The notes beneath the pieces are model-generated. The model saw only the letters and a list, made by a program, of their open reading frames with translations, searched no databases and had not been told where the DNA came from. Both the position numbers and the translations under genes were made by a program. Source: Bradyrhizobium sp. (GTDB lineage Bacteria; Pseudomonadota; Alphaproteobacteria; Rhizobiales; Xanthobacteraceae). Taken from it: a DNA stretch of 62,203 nucleotides. Of this stretch, positions 60,967 through 62,203 are shown piece after piece (within the stretch, counting starts at the first letter, position 1; every line of letters starts with the position of its first letter). The stretch is from positions 1 to 62,203 of the forward strand of contig NZ_JADGRI010000001.1 in the NCBI RefSeq assembly GCF_017881085.1, given 5' to 3'.

Positions 60967-62094
60967 ATGAAGATTGCCGTCGCCAAGGAAATCGATCCCT
61001 CCGAGCCGCGGGTCGCCGCATCGCCCGACACCATTAAGAAGTTCAAGGCGCTGGGGGTCGATGTCGCCGTCGAGCCGGGCGCCGGTATCAAGTCGGGCCT
61101 GCCGGATTCGGAATTCACCGCGGCCGGCGCCACCGTCAGCGCCGATGCGGTCAAGGACGCCGACATCGTCATCAAGGTGAAGCGGCCCGAGGCGTCCGAG
61201 CTTGGAAAATACAAGCGCGGCGCGCTGGTCATCGCCATCATGGATCCCTATGGCAACGACGCCGCGCTGAAGGCGATGGCGGATGCCGGCATCTCGGCGT
61301 TCGCGATGGAGCTGATGCCGCGCATCACCCGCGCGCAGGTGATGGACGTGTTGTCGAGCCAGGCCAATCTTGCCGGCTACCGCGCGGTGATCGAGGCGGC
61401 GGAAGCCTTCGGCCGCGCCTTTCCGATGATGATGACCGCGGCCGGCACCATTCCGGCGGCGAAAGTGTTCGTGATGGGCGTCGGTGTCGCCGGCCTGCAG
61501 GCGATCGCGACTGCGCGGCGGCTCGGCGCCGTCGTCACCGCGACCGACGTGCGGCCTGCGACCAAGGAGCAGGTCGAGAGCCTCGGCGCCAAATTCCTCG
61601 CGGTCGAGGACGAGGAATTCAAGAACGCCCAGACCGCCGGCGGCTACGCCAAGGAAATGTCGAAGGAGTATCAGGCCAAGCAGGCCGCGCTCACCGCCGA
61701 TCATGTCAAGAAGCAGGATATCGTGATCACGACGGCGTTGATCCCCGGCCGGCCGGCGCCCAAGCTCGTCAGCGCCGAGATGGTCAAATCGATGAAGCCC
61801 GGATCGGTGCTGGTGGACCTCGCCGTCGAGCGCGGCGGCAACGTCGAAGGCGCAAAGCCGGGCGAAGTCGTCGATCTCGATGGCATCAAGATCGTCGGCT
61901 ACACCAATGTCGCCGGCCGCGTCGCAGCCTCGGCCTCGGGGCTGTACGCGCGCAACCTGTTTTCGTTCATCGAAACCCTGATCGACAAGCCGAACAAGGC
62001 GCTCGCGGTGAACTGGGATGACGAGCTGGTCAAGGCCACCGCGCTGACCAAGGACGGCGCCGTCATTCATCCGAACTTCCAGCCGAAGACCTAA
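60967..62094 (+). CDS. pntA: NAD(P) transhydrogenase subunit alpha, part 1
   Basis: EPRVA, PRITRAQVMDVLSSQANLAGY, GVGVAGL, TTALIPG and DLAVERGGN motifs. Confidence 0.97.
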   Translation: MKIAVAKEIDPSEPRVAASPDTIKKFKALGVDVAVEPGAGIKSGLPDSEFTAAGATVSADAVKDADIVIKVKRPEASELGKYKRGALVIAIMDPYGNDAALKAMADAGISAFAMELMPRITRAQVMDVLSSQANLAGYRAVIEAAEAFGRAFPMMMTAAGTIPAAKVFVMGVGVAGLQAIATARRLGAVVTATDVRPATKEQVESLGAKFLAVEDEEFKNAQTAGGYAKEMSKEYQAKQAALTADHVKKQDIVITTALIPGRPAPKLVSAEMVKSMKPGSVLVDLAVERGGNVEGAKPGEVVDLDGIKIVGYTNVAGRVAASASGLYARNLFSFIETLIDKPNKALAVNWDDELVKATALTKDGAVIHPNFQPKT

Positions 62095-62105
62095 GGAGAG
62101 CCGCC

Positions 62106-62203
62106 ATGGAACATATCGCGCAGGCCGTCGATCCCTTCGTGTTCCGGCTGTCGATTTTCGTGCTCGCCGTGTTCGTCGGCTATTTCGTGGTGTGGTCGGT
62201 GAC
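62106..62203 (+). CDS. NAD(P) transhydrogenase subunit alpha, part 2 (partial, runs off window)
   Basis: AGGAG RBS; MEHIAQAVDPFVFRLSIFVLAVFVGYFVVWSV matches the PntAB N-terminus. Confidence 0.9.
   Translation, partial: MEHIAQAVDPFVFRLSIFVLAVFVGYFVVWSV

Overview
High-GC alphaproteobacterial chromosome segment, almost certainly Bradyrhizobium or a close relative (Nitrobacteraceae), judged from gene order, protein content and typical intergenic repeats. The backbone is housekeeping: 6S RNA 3' end-ygfA-ymdB; yebC-ruvCAB-ybgC; tolQRAB, pal-cpoB-tilS-ftsH; osmC, pyk, DUF1036, DUF1244, gapR; DUF882, L,D-transpeptidase, tacA; pepF, cytochrome aa3 subunit IV, pntA. Accessory blocks interrupt it at several places. 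(1) Between ymdB and yebC: an mddA-like/oxidoreductase/thioesterase unit facing a BTAD-hydrolase regulator, an SGNH hydrolase, a ~525-bp highly structured non-coding element, and two soluble chemoreceptors, one with a PilZ-like domain. (2) Between ybgC and tolQ: an ECF42-type sigma factor with four identically spaced local target promoters, cobT/cobS/cobC-like genes, and TetR modules. (3) Between tolB and pal: a fatty-acid desaturase, a membrane PAS-GGDEF-EAL protein and a FeeM-like N-acyl amino acid synthase, with perfect CtrA-type boxes upstream of the two enzymes; this is the best candidate for an undescribed signalling system. No transposase, integrase, prophage, CRISPR, rRNA or tRNA was seen. 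All family assignments come from motif recognition by eye, not database searches. Start codons were adjusted from the ORF track where an RBS or family length supported it.
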